Shown here in pieces: positions 11,001 to 20,147 of a DNA stretch of 43,960 nt (its first letter is position 1; each line of letters starts with the position of its first letter). Under the pieces are notes generated by a model. That model had not been told where the DNA came from. It did no database searches and saw nothing but the letters and a program-made list of their open reading frames with translations. The DNA lies in the NCBI GenBank assembly GCA_031372565.1, contig JANMLN010000021.1, forward strand, positions 1 to 43,960. Direction: 5' to 3'. This DNA is from Gemmatimonadota bacterium (GTDB lineage: Bacteria > Gemmatimonadota > Gemmatimonadetes > Gemmatimonadales > Gemmatimonadaceae). The translations under genes were made by a program, and so were the position numbers.

Positions 11001-12086
11001 ATGCCCTCCAAGTGCCCCTCGTGCGGCACCGCGTACGGTGACGACGCCAAGTTCTGCACCCGTGACGGCACGCGGCTCCAGCCTGCGCCGCAAGCCGCCC
11101 CGTCGTCGGGTGGTGCGCCGCGCGGCACGGCCGCGCCGGGACGCACGGGCGGACCCGGGGGCGCCCCCACGCCGAACATCAGCGCGATGGCCGGCCGCGT
11201 CCTGGACGGGCACTACCGCGTGGACAAGAAAGTCGGGGAGGGCGGCATGTCGTTCGTGTACCTCGCCACCGATGTGAGCAACAACACGCGGTACGCGATC
11301 AAGGTGTTGTCGCCCTCGCTCTCGCAGGACCAGAACGCGATGGCGCGCTTGCGTCGCGAAGCGGGGCTCGCGATCCGCCTCGAGCATCCGAATGTCTGCC
11401 ACATCATCCGCCTCGGCGAGACCGAGGACGGCATGGTGTACGTGGTGATGCCCTTCGTGGAGGGGGAAATCCTGGCGGACCGCCGGCACAAGGCGGGACA
11501 TCTGGCGCTGGGCCTCGTGGTTCAATGGGTCAGCGAGATCGCGGCCGGGCTGCAGGTCGCGCACGACCTCAAGATCATCCACCGGGACTTGAAGCCCGAG
11601 AACATCATGATCTCGAAGGGGACCGACGGCATCGAGCATGCCGTGGTCATGGACTTCGGGTTGGCCAAGGAGCGCAAGGCCGGCGGCGAACTCGAGAAGC
11701 TCACCGCCACCGGCATCATCCTCGGCACGCCGGAGTTCATGAGCCCCGAGCAGTTGCGCGGCAAGGTGCTGGATGCGCGAACCGACATCTACTCGCTGGC
11801 GCTCATGACGTACGAGATGCTCACGGGCAAGCTGCCGTTCGCCGGCCGCACGCAGCAGGAGATGATGATCGCTCGGCTCCGCAACGAGCCGATTCCGCTG
11901 CGCACCATGCGACCCGAACTCAACTTCCCGCCAGCCGTGGAGAAGGTGATGCTCAAGGGGATGGCCCGCAATCTCGAGGAGCGCTACCTGACCGCGCCCG
12001 AGTTTGCGACCGCGCTCGCGAACGCGGCCAACACCGATTCCGATGAGCGAGGCGGCGGGGTGCTGGGTCGCCTCTTCGGTCGCTAG
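11001..12086 (+). CDS. Hanks-type Ser/Thr protein kinase with N-terminal zinc ribbon
   Basis: CPSC...FCTRDG ribbon, GEGGMSFVY, AIK, HRDLKPEN, DFG and GTPEFMSPEQ. No TM segment. Confidence 0.94.
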   Translation: MPSKCPSCGTAYGDDAKFCTRDGTRLQPAPQAAPSSGGAPRGTAAPGRTGGPGGAPTPNISAMAGRVLDGHYRVDKKVGEGGMSFVYLATDVSNNTRYAIKVLSPSLSQDQNAMARLRREAGLAIRLEHPNVCHIIRLGETEDGMVYVVMPFVEGEILADRRHKAGHLALGLVVQWVSEIAAGLQVAHDLKIIHRDLKPENIMISKGTDGIEHAVVMDFGLAKERKAGGELEKLTATGIILGTPEFMSPEQLRGKVLDARTDIYSLALMTYEMLTGKLPFAGRTQQEMMIARLRNEPIPLRTMRPELNFPPAVEKVMLKGMARNLEERYLTAPEFATALANAANTDSDERGGGVLGRLFGR

Positions 12087-12101
12087 GGCGCCACGCGTAT
12101 C

Positions 12102-13316
12102 ATGGCCGTACAACAGACGCCGCGTCGTCGCGAAGGCTGCCCCGTCGGCCTGCTGCTGTCGCTGACGGTGGCGGGCACGATCGCGGTGGGCGCACTCGGC
12201 GTGCCCAACGCCATCGGTGCCGTACGGCAGGATGGCACGGGCGCTGCGGCACCTGCCTTGCCCATGCCGAACCCGACCGCGGTTTTCGACGGACGGCTCC
12301 GGGCACCGGCGGGGTTCGTGATCAAGGAGTTTGCCAAGGTGCAGGGCGCGCGCATCATGGCGCAGGGTCCCGACGGCAGTGTGTACGTGAGCCAGCCCGG
12401 GTTGGGTCAGGTGACGCGGTTGGCCGGGCTCCTGCCCGACGGGCGCGCAGCCAAGGTCGAACGGGTGCTCACCGGGCTGAGTCTGCCACACGGCCTCGCG
12501 TTTCATGGCGGTGCGCTTTATGTGGCCAACACCGATGAGGTCGTGCGCGTGCCGCTTGATGCATCGGGGGTGATCAACGGCAAGCCGATGCCGACAGCGG
12601 CGACCTACGACGCGGCCGGTGGCCACTTCACGCGCACCGTGGTGTTCGGTCCCGACAGCGCCATGTACGTGTCGATCGGATCGACGTGCAACGTGTGCGT
12701 CGAGAAGGACTCGACGCGCGCGACCGTGATGCGCTTCGACGCCGACGGACAGCACGGCGCGGTGTTCGCGCGCGGGCTGCGCAACGCGGTCGGGCTCGCC
12801 TTTCATCCCGTGAGCGGTGCGCTCTGGGTGACGCAACACGAGCGCGACAACCTGCTCCCGTCGCACGAGGATCTCCCGCCCGACGAGTTGAACATCCTGC
12901 AAGGCGGCGGCGACTACGGCTGGCCGTATTGCTGGGGGATGCGCGTGCCGAGCCCCGAGTTCAATGATCGCGCCCGGTGCGCGCGCACGCTGCCGCCCGC
13001 GCTGTCATTCCAGGCCCATTCGGCGCCCCTCGGGCTGAGCTTCCTGCAGCGCGCGACGACCTTTCCGGCGGAGTATCGGGGCGACGCGCTGGTGGCGTTC
13101 CATGGATCGTGGAACCGTCGCATGCCAACGGGCGACAAGGTGGTGCGCGTGAAGATCGAGAATGGTCGCGCCGTGGCGTACGAGGACTTCATCACGGGCT
13201 GGCAGAATGCACAGGGGCAGCGCTGGGGGCGCCCGGTCGACGTGCTCGTGCTCGCTGACGGCTCGGTGCTGATCTCGGATGACGACGCGGGTGTCATCTA
13301 TCGCGTGACGCGTTGA
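12102..13316 (+). CDS. PQQ-dependent sugar / sorbosone dehydrogenase family protein
   Basis: GGHFTR, SIGSTCNVC, GLRNAVG, YGWPYC, AHSAPLG, FHGSWNR, GRPVDV and SDD motifs, with a signal peptide. Confidence 0.88.
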   Translation: MAVQQTPRRREGCPVGLLLSLTVAGTIAVGALGVPNAIGAVRQDGTGAAAPALPMPNPTAVFDGRLRAPAGFVIKEFAKVQGARIMAQGPDGSVYVSQPGLGQVTRLAGLLPDGRAAKVERVLTGLSLPHGLAFHGGALYVANTDEVVRVPLDASGVINGKPMPTAATYDAAGGHFTRTVVFGPDSAMYVSIGSTCNVCVEKDSTRATVMRFDADGQHGAVFARGLRNAVGLAFHPVSGALWVTQHERDNLLPSHEDLPPDELNILQGGGDYGWPYCWGMRVPSPEFNDRARCARTLPPALSFQAHSAPLGLSFLQRATTFPAEYRGDALVAFHGSWNRRMPTGDKVVRVKIENGRAVAYEDFITGWQNAQGQRWGRPVDVLVLADGSVLISDDDAGVIYRVTR

Positions 13317-15025
13317 TCGCTGGTACTGCGACGCCTCACCCGGACGTGCGCGTGCGCTTCCGCGGCGTGCGGCTTGCACTGGCGCTGGGGGCGCTGGCCT
13401 GTTGTCTCGCGACCGTGCCGCTCTCGGCGCAGGGCGTGGCGCCGTTCTTGCCCACGGCCGCATCGATCGAGCGCCCGCAGCCCGGCATCGATGTGCTCCA
13501 CTACGCGTTCGATCTGCACCTCGGGCCCCAGTCGGCCACAGTCGATGGTCGAGCGGTGATCACGCTGGTGCGCCAGCGCGGGGTGCGCGAGCTGCGGCTC
13601 GACGCGGTGGGCTTGAACGTGTCCGAGTGCCAGGTCGACGGTGTGGTGGTGCCGACGCAGCGCCAGGACTCGGCGATCGTCGTGCCGCTGGGTGCGCGTG
13701 GTGGTGACACCGTGCGCGTGTCGGTGAGCTGGACCGTGCAACCGAGCGATGGGCTCGTGATCCAGCGCGATTCCGCCCGCTGGACTGCGTTCGGCGACAA
13801 CTGGCCGAATCGCGCGCGGCTCTGGCTGCCGGTGGTGGATCATCCGTCGGACAAGGCGCGCGTGATGTGGACGGTCCATGTGCCGGCAGGCTTTCGCGTG
13901 ATTGCCAATGGCGTGAGCGAGCGGGTCGACACATCGGCGGGCGGCGCCAACGTCACATGGCGCTTTCGGCAGACCCAGCCGATTCCGACGTACCTGATGG
14001 TGATCGGTGTCGGCGTGCTCGATGAGGTTGCGCTCGGGCAGACGGCGTGTGGCGCCGGGCTCAACGGAGGGTGCGTGCCGCAGTCGGTGCTGGTCACTCC
14101 CGATGCGCGCAGCTCGATGCCGGGCAACTTTGCCCAGGCCGGCGAGATCGTGCGCTTCTTCAGCACACTACTCGGCCCGTTTCCATACGACCGACTGGTG
14201 CACGTGCAGAGCCGTACACGGTTTGGCGGCATGGAGAATGCCGGCGCGATCTTCTACGCGTGGAATCTGTTCGGAAGCGGCAAGACGTTTCCGCCGGGAC
14301 TCATCGCGCACGAGACGGCACACCAGTGGTTCGGTGACGCCGTGACGGAGCGCGCCTGGGCGCATGCGTGGCTGTCGGAGGGCTTTGCCACGTATCTCGC
14401 CGCGATGTACGCGGAACAGGTCAGCGGTGATAGCGCGTTGCGCCGGGAGGTCGCCGAGATGCGACGGGCGGTGTTGTCGTCGGCAGTCAGCCGAGCGCGG
14501 CCCGTGGTGGACACGGCGCAACCTGTTTTGCTGAAGCTGCTCAACACGAACAGCTACCAGAAGGGTGGACACGTGTTGCACATGCTGCGGCGCGAGATTG
14601 GCGACAGCGCGTTCGTGCGCGCCATGCGCTCGTACCAAGCCGAGTTCCGTCACGGCAACGCGATGACGATCGACTTCGTGCGCGCCGCCGAGCGCGCATC
14701 GCAGCGCGAGTTGGGCTGGTTCTTCGATCAATGGCTCCGGAAGCCGGGATGGCCGGTGGTGGAGGTGCGCTGGCGGCAGCAGGGGCGCGAACTGTCGTTG
14801 TCGGCCGTGCAGGCTGGCGCGAGTGGCGGGTATCGGTTGCAACTTCCGCTCGAGATCGAGCTCGACAACGGCGAGCTGCTGCAACGTGTGGCGCGCGTGG
14901 AGGCGGCGTCGTCGAGCATGACGCTGCAGCCGCTGCCGGCTGGGGTCGTCGTGCGCGCGGTACGTGCCGACCCGCGCGGCGACCTGCTCGGCGAGTTCAC
15001 GGTCAGGGCGTTGTCGAGACAATGA
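13313..15025 (+). CDS. M1-family metalloaminopeptidase, exported (start uncertain)
   Basis: GGMEN exopeptidase motif, HETAHQWFG...WLSEGFATY zinc motif and YQKG. Confidence 0.92.
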   Translation: MIAGTATPHPDVRVRFRGVRLALALGALACCLATVPLSAQGVAPFLPTAASIERPQPGIDVLHYAFDLHLGPQSATVDGRAVITLVRQRGVRELRLDAVGLNVSECQVDGVVVPTQRQDSAIVVPLGARGGDTVRVSVSWTVQPSDGLVIQRDSARWTAFGDNWPNRARLWLPVVDHPSDKARVMWTVHVPAGFRVIANGVSERVDTSAGGANVTWRFRQTQPIPTYLMVIGVGVLDEVALGQTACGAGLNGGCVPQSVLVTPDARSSMPGNFAQAGEIVRFFSTLLGPFPYDRLVHVQSRTRFGGMENAGAIFYAWNLFGSGKTFPPGLIAHETAHQWFGDAVTERAWAHAWLSEGFATYLAAMYAEQVSGDSALRREVAEMRRAVLSSAVSRARPVVDTAQPVLLKLLNTNSYQKGGHVLHMLRREIGDSAFVRAMRSYQAEFRHGNAMTIDFVRAAERASQRELGWFFDQWLRKPGWPVVEVRWRQQGRELSLSAVQAGASGGYRLQLPLEIELDNGELLQRVARVEAASSSMTLQPLPAGVVVRAVRADPRGDLLGEFTVRALSRQ

Positions 15026-16002
15026 CGCGTCGTTCGTGGCGTGGTACTGTGTCGCTCCTGAGTGCGATGTGCGTGCTCAGTGCCTCCGCTGCGCAGGTTG
15101 CGCATGCGCAGGAGCGCCGGGCGCAGGCCGAGCGTGAGGCGGCCGACCAGTTGCTCGCGCGTGGTGCGTTGGTGAGCGCCGAGTCGGTGTACTACTCGGC
15201 GACCCGCGCTCGGCCGCGGGATGCGTGGGCGCGGCTCAACCTGGGGCGGCATGTTCTGGCGCGCGGTGTGGGCAAGGTGGCGGCTGCGTTGCTCGAGGAG
15301 GCGCGCTTCTTTGGTGGTGACCAGGCGCTGATCCTGCCCGACCTGCTCGCGGCGTACGAGCGTGCGGGCATGTGGCGCGCGATCGCGGCCTTCCCTGGCG
15401 CGGCGATCGGCGCCGGGGACAAGGCGCGGGCGGAGTTCCTGATGGGGCGTGCCAGTGGTGCGGTCGGAGCGGATTCGTCGGTCCTGCGCCTCGAGTCGGG
15501 GGGAGCGTCGGTGCTTGGTCGCGTGGCGCTTGTGATTGGTGGCGACACCGTGCGCGCCGCGATCGATCCGACGGTGCGTGGCGTGGTGCTCGATGCTGCG
15601 TCGCTGCGGCGGAGGGGCGTTCGGTTGTTCGCGCGTGATGCGGGTGCGCTGCGCGTGGCGGTCGTGGACACGGTGCGGGCGGGCGGGGTCGCCTTCACGA
15701 ACGTGGCGGCGCGCGTGGCGGCGGCTGGCGACACGGCCGGGATGCGCGTGGGACTCGACTGGCTCGGCGACTGGCAGCCGACCTTCGATCCGACTGCGCG
15801 GACGATCACGGTACGACGCGCGCCGGTCGATCCGCGCGCCGTGCGAGGCGCGCGGGTGCCGATCGTGTTCACCGAGGATGGGTGGGGGCTGGTCGTGGGC
15901 GGGTTTGCGCCGCTGGCGACGGCGGCAGGGCGCGATGCGTTGGCGGAGCGACGGTGGACGCTGCTCAGTGCGCGCGGGGAGATTGCGGTGTTGCCGAGGT
16001 AG
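15022..16002 (+). CDS. Exported hypothetical protein: TPR-like N-terminus plus degenerate retropepsin-like domain
   Basis: ATGA overlap with the M1 gene, signal peptide and helical N-half. AAIDPT...VDTVRAGGVAFTNV...VGLDWL...TFD resembles the aspartyl-protease fold. Confidence 0.6.
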   Translation: MTRRSWRGTVSLLSAMCVLSASAAQVAHAQERRAQAEREAADQLLARGALVSAESVYYSATRARPRDAWARLNLGRHVLARGVGKVAAALLEEARFFGGDQALILPDLLAAYERAGMWRAIAAFPGAAIGAGDKARAEFLMGRASGAVGADSSVLRLESGGASVLGRVALVIGGDTVRAAIDPTVRGVVLDAASLRRRGVRLFARDAGALRVAVVDTVRAGGVAFTNVAARVAAAGDTAGMRVGLDWLGDWQPTFDPTARTITVRRAPVDPRAVRGARVPIVFTEDGWGLVVGGFAPLATAAGRDALAERRWTLLSARGEIAVLPR

Positions 16003-16103
16003 GGGGGAGAAGCAGGTCCTTCGCTGCGCTCAGGACGACGCTGGTGGTCGAGGTAGGGGGGGAGAAGCAGGTCCTTCGCTACGCTCAGGACGACGCTGGT
16101 GGT
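15995..16103 (+). repeat. Tandem 54/55-bp direct repeat, each unit containing a REP-like element
   Basis: cgaggtaggggggagaagcaggtccttcgct(g/a)cgctcaggacgacgctggtggt occurs at 15995-16048 and 16049-16103. Confidence 0.92.
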
Positions 16104-16157
16104 GGTATGCTTGAGTCGGGTCACGAACATCGACCGTTCATCTTCATCTTGAATCGC

Positions 16158-18506
16158 ATGCGCTCTCGTCACGTCGTTCTCGTGCTCGCCCTCGGTGCGT
16201 ATCCAGGCGTGCTCGCCGCCCAGGTGGCAGCTGCGCCTCCGGGGGCTCCGTACCAGTTCACGGTCGAGGACTACGCGCGGGCCGAGCGGTTCCTCGCGCC
16301 GACGAGTACGCCGCTGATCTCCGGGACGGCGGGGCGTGCCAACTGGCTGGGCGATGGACGCGCATGGTACCGCGCGACGACGCCTGGCGGAGGCGGCACC
16401 TTCATCGCGGTCAACCCGGCCAAGCGCACGCGACTGCCCCTGTTCGATCACGCGAAGCTCGCGGCGGGACTTGCGGCGGCGTCAGGCGCTGCGGTGGACG
16501 GCGACCGGTTCCCGTTTCGCGATGTGGAGTTGGCGAGCGACGGCAGCGCGGTCACGGTGGTGCTGCGCACCCGCCGCTACACGTGCGATCTCGCCACGTA
16601 TGCATGCGCGGTGACTCCGCCCAAGCCGGTCGCGCCGCCGAATGCGAGCCTGTCGCCCAACGGTGCGTGGTCCGTGTTCATCCGCGACTACAACCTGTGG
16701 GCGCGGGAACTCGCGACGGGCAAGGACCGGCCGCTCACGACCGATGGCGTGAAGGACTTCGGCTACGCGACCAACAACGCCGGCTGGGCGCACGGCGATG
16801 ATCCTGTGGTCACGTGGGCGCCGGACGGCAAGTCGGTGGCGACCTTCCAGCACGACGGCCGCGGTGTGCGCGACATGTTTCTCGTCTCGACCAACGTCGG
16901 CAGCCCGCGGCTCGAGCAGTGGAAGTATCCGATGCCGGGTGATTCGGTGGTGTTCCGCATCTCGCGCGTCATCGTGACGCTGGGGGTCGATGGCGTCCCG
17001 CGCGTGGTGCGATTCGCGATGCCGCCCGACGCGCATCGCTCGACCGTGTCGGACCACATCGCGTGTGGTGGCGAGATCTGCGACACGCAATGGTTCTCCG
17101 ATGCGTCACAGTTCGCGTTCATCTCGTCGACGCGCGACCACAAGCAGGCGACGCTGCGCGTGGCCAACGCGACCACGGGTGCGGTGCGCACCGTGCTCGA
17201 CGAACGAAGCGCCACGCAGGTGGGTGACGCGTCGTTTCCCGAGAAGCTCTGGCGCGTACTGCCTGCGAGCAACGAGGTCATCTGGTGGTCGGATCGGGAG
17301 AACTTCACGCAGCTCTACCTGCATGACCTGACCACCGGCGCGCTCAAGAACCGGATCACGTCGGGCGAGGGGAACGTTGCCGAACTCGTGCGCGTGGACG
17401 AGAAGCGGCGCGTGATCTACTTCATGTCGAACGGCAAGGAGGCGGGCGAGGATCCGTACGTCCGCCACTTGTACCGCGTGGGGTTCGACGGAAGGGGGCA
17501 GGTGCGCCTCACCACTGAGAGCGGGAATCACGCCGTGGTGATGTCGCCCGACGGTTCATGGTTCATGGACACCTGGTCGACACCGAACACGCCACCCACG
17601 ACGGTGCTGCGCGACGTCAACGGCAAGCTCGTGCTCGCGCTCGAGAAGGCCGACATCACGCAGCTGCTCGCCTCGGGCTGGCGTGCGCCGATGCCCGTAC
17701 GCATGAAGGCGCGCGATGGCACGACGGACATCTACGGTCTCATGTACGTGCCGGCGTCGCTTGATTCCACGAAGAAGTATCCGATCATCAACCACATCTA
17801 CCCGGGGCCACAGGCGGGGAGCGTCGGTCCGCGCAGCTTCGTGCCGGCCCGCGGCGACAATCAGGCGCTCACGGAACTCGGCTTTGTCGTGGTCGAGATC
17901 GACGGCATGGGGACCCCGGGCCGCTCCAAGACGTTTCGCGATGCGTACTACGGCCGGATGAATGACAACACGATTCCCGATCAGGTTGCGGGAATGAAGG
18001 AGCTGGCCACGCGCTACCGCTTCATCGATATCGACAAGGTCGGCATCTGGGGCCATTCGGGCGGTGGCTTTGCGACCGCGACCGCCATGTTCCGCGAGCC
18101 GGACTTCTTCAAGGTCGGGATTTCGGAGTCGGGCAACCACGACAACCGGAACTACGAAGACGACTGGGGCGAGCGCTACCAGGGGTTGCTCACCAAGGCT
18201 GGCGCGAGCGACAACTATGCAGCCGAGGCCAACCAGACGTACGCGAGGAACCTGAAGGGGAAGCTGTTCCTGTTGCACGGCGCGATGGACGACAACGTGC
18301 CGCCGACCAACACCACGCTCGTGGCCGACGCGCTCATGAAGGCAGGCAAGGACTTCGACATGCTGATCCTGCCGAATGCGCGTCACGGCTTCGGCGCTGA
18401 TGGCCTCTACGTGATGCGGCGTCGGTGGGACTACTTCGTGCGCAACCTGCAGGGCAACGTGCCGCCCAAGGAATACCAGATCGGGCGACCGCGCGTGCAG
18501 CCGTAG
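16158..18506 (+). CDS. S9B dipeptidyl-peptidase IV-like serine peptidase
   Basis: Signal peptide, beta-propeller region, YPGP, GIWGHSGGG nucleophile, HGAMDDNV and RHG. Confidence 0.93.
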   Translation: MRSRHVVLVLALGAYPGVLAAQVAAAPPGAPYQFTVEDYARAERFLAPTSTPLISGTAGRANWLGDGRAWYRATTPGGGGTFIAVNPAKRTRLPLFDHAKLAAGLAAASGAAVDGDRFPFRDVELASDGSAVTVVLRTRRYTCDLATYACAVTPPKPVAPPNASLSPNGAWSVFIRDYNLWARELATGKDRPLTTDGVKDFGYATNNAGWAHGDDPVVTWAPDGKSVATFQHDGRGVRDMFLVSTNVGSPRLEQWKYPMPGDSVVFRISRVIVTLGVDGVPRVVRFAMPPDAHRSTVSDHIACGGEICDTQWFSDASQFAFISSTRDHKQATLRVANATTGAVRTVLDERSATQVGDASFPEKLWRVLPASNEVIWWSDRENFTQLYLHDLTTGALKNRITSGEGNVAELVRVDEKRRVIYFMSNGKEAGEDPYVRHLYRVGFDGRGQVRLTTESGNHAVVMSPDGSWFMDTWSTPNTPPTTVLRDVNGKLVLALEKADITQLLASGWRAPMPVRMKARDGTTDIYGLMYVPASLDSTKKYPIINHIYPGPQAGSVGPRSFVPARGDNQALTELGFVVVEIDGMGTPGRSKTFRDAYYGRMNDNTIPDQVAGMKELATRYRFIDIDKVGIWGHSGGGFATATAMFREPDFFKVGISESGNHDNRNYEDDWGERYQGLLTKAGASDNYAAEANQTYARNLKGKLFLLHGAMDDNVPPTNTTLVADALMKAGKDFDMLILPNARHGFGADGLYVMRRRWDYFVRNLQGNVPPKEYQIGRPRVQP

Positions 18507-18530
18507 CGACAGCGTGACGCGCCGTCCGCG

Positions 18531-19955
18531 CTACCTGGCGGACGGCGGTGCTGCTGGCGGTGTGGCCGCTGCCGTGTTCGGCGCGAGCCGGCGAAACTCC
18601 TCCGCGCCCGGTGCGGGCGTCCGCGCGAGCGTGGTGCGATCCAGCCGGTACAGGCCGAAGCGAGCGGAGTACCCTTCCGCCCACTCGAAGTTGTCCATCA
18701 GCGACCAGTGGAAGAAGCCGCGCACGTCGATGCCCTCGGCGATCGCGGCCTTGGCGGCGTACGCATGCGTGCGAATGAACGAGGCGCGCAAATGGCCCGT
18801 GGAGTCGGCCAACCCGTTCTCGGTCACGAAGATCGGAAGGGATGCGAAGCGCTTCTTGCTGTCGCGGAGCAGGGCGAGCAACCCCTCGGGGTAGACCTCG
18901 ATCCCCGCATCGGTGAGCGTTCCGGTGCCCGGGTGGATCTCGACCATGCCGGGCGCACGTGGCGAGAAGGTGACGAGGTTGCGGCGATAGTAGTTGATGC
19001 CGATCCAGTCCATCGTGCCGATGAGTTCCGGCAATGGCTCGTCGATGGAGGGAAAGCCCGGAGCGCTGAACTGGATGCGCCCCTGCTTAATCGATTCGTA
19101 GAAGGCCCAGTTGAAGCTGTTGCCGACCGTGCTCGCCACGACCTGTTCGAGCAGGTTCCACCGGCTTGCGGCCTGGAAGACGATCATGTTGGACGCAGCG
19201 CCGATCCTGGCGTCGGGATCGCCGGCGCGCAGGGCCGCGGTGGCCTTGGCGTGCGCACGCAGCATGCCGGCAAAGGCGCGCACGGCGAGCGCATTGTCCT
19301 TCTTGCCCGGCGGCCACATGCCCGCCACGTAGCCGAAGAACATCTGGACCTGCGGCTCGTTGATCGTGCACCACCAGGTGATCTGCGGACCGAACCGCTT
19401 GGCGGCTTCGGCGGCGAAGCGACCAAAGCGGTCCGGGAAGTCAGCGGCCGTCACGCCGCCGCGATCGGCGAGCCAGAGCGGGAGCGTGAAGTGGAGCAGC
19501 GTGACCATGGGCTCGATGCCGGCGGCGCGCAGCTGCGTGATCTCATCGGCGTAGTGCTGCCACGCGGCGTCATCCCATGTGCCTTCGGTGGGCTCCAGAC
19601 GGCTCCACTCGATCGAGAACCGGTACGCGTTGGCGCCGAGGTCGCGCATGAGGGCGATGTCGTCGCTGACCTTGTCCCAATGGCCGGCGGCGGCACCGCT
19701 GGTATCGCCATTGCGGATCGTGCCGGGGGTGCGCTCGAAACGCGCCCAGTCATTGCGCGTGTTGCCCCCTTCGACCTGGTGCGCGGCGGTGGCGGTGCCC
19801 CAGAGGAAGCCCGCGGGCCAGTTGGCGGCGAACGGGGTGGTTGCCGTTCCCTCGAGCTCGGCGGGGACGTGCTGCTGGTCGAAGTAGAAGCAGGCCGATG
19901 CGTATGCGGCGGCGAGGACTCCAGCGAGCACGGCGAAGCGGCGGGACCAGAGCAT
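18531..19955 (-). CDS. Glycoside hydrolase family 1 (beta-glucosidase-like) with N-terminal signal/anchor
   Basis: FLWGTATAAHQVEG, YRFSIEWSR, TINEP (acid/base), TENG (nucleophile) and WSLMDNFEWAEG. Confidence 0.95.
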   Translation of the reverse strand: MLWSRRFAVLAGVLAAAYASACFYFDQQHVPAELEGTATTPFAANWPAGFLWGTATAAHQVEGGNTRNDWARFERTPGTIRNGDTSGAAAGHWDKVSDDIALMRDLGANAYRFSIEWSRLEPTEGTWDDAAWQHYADEITQLRAAGIEPMVTLLHFTLPLWLADRGGVTAADFPDRFGRFAAEAAKRFGPQITWWCTINEPQVQMFFGYVAGMWPPGKKDNALAVRAFAGMLRAHAKATAALRAGDPDARIGAASNMIVFQAASRWNLLEQVVASTVGNSFNWAFYESIKQGRIQFSAPGFPSIDEPLPELIGTMDWIGINYYRRNLVTFSPRAPGMVEIHPGTGTLTDAGIEVYPEGLLALLRDSKKRFASLPIFVTENGLADSTGHLRASFIRTHAYAAKAAIAEGIDVRGFFHWSLMDNFEWAEGYSARFGLYRLDRTTLARTPAPGAEEFRRLAPNTAAATPPAAPPSAR

Positions 19956-20027
19956 GTCGGGGGGACAGGGGAGAGGTCGGAGAGACTACTCTGTGCACAC
20001 GGCGGCGCAACGGGTGGGGGAGAGCGC

Positions 20028-20057
20028 AGCAGGTCCTTCGCTGCGCTCGAGGACGAC
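20028..20057 (+). repeat. REP-like element copy
   Basis: agcaggtccttcgctgcgctcgaggacgac, a 1-nt insertion relative to consensus. Confidence 0.85.
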
Positions 20058-20147
20058 GGGAGTGCGAATCGCATGGCTCCGCTCGGGACGGTCGACTGGT
20101 AAGTTTCCAAGGCTCGACCTGTCGTATCTCCACCACGAGAGTTTCCC

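Noticed and set aside
15995..16103. Direct repeats as a possible CRISPR array
   Set aside because: There are only two units, the intervening sequence is itself repeated rather than a unique spacer, and no cas genes are present.
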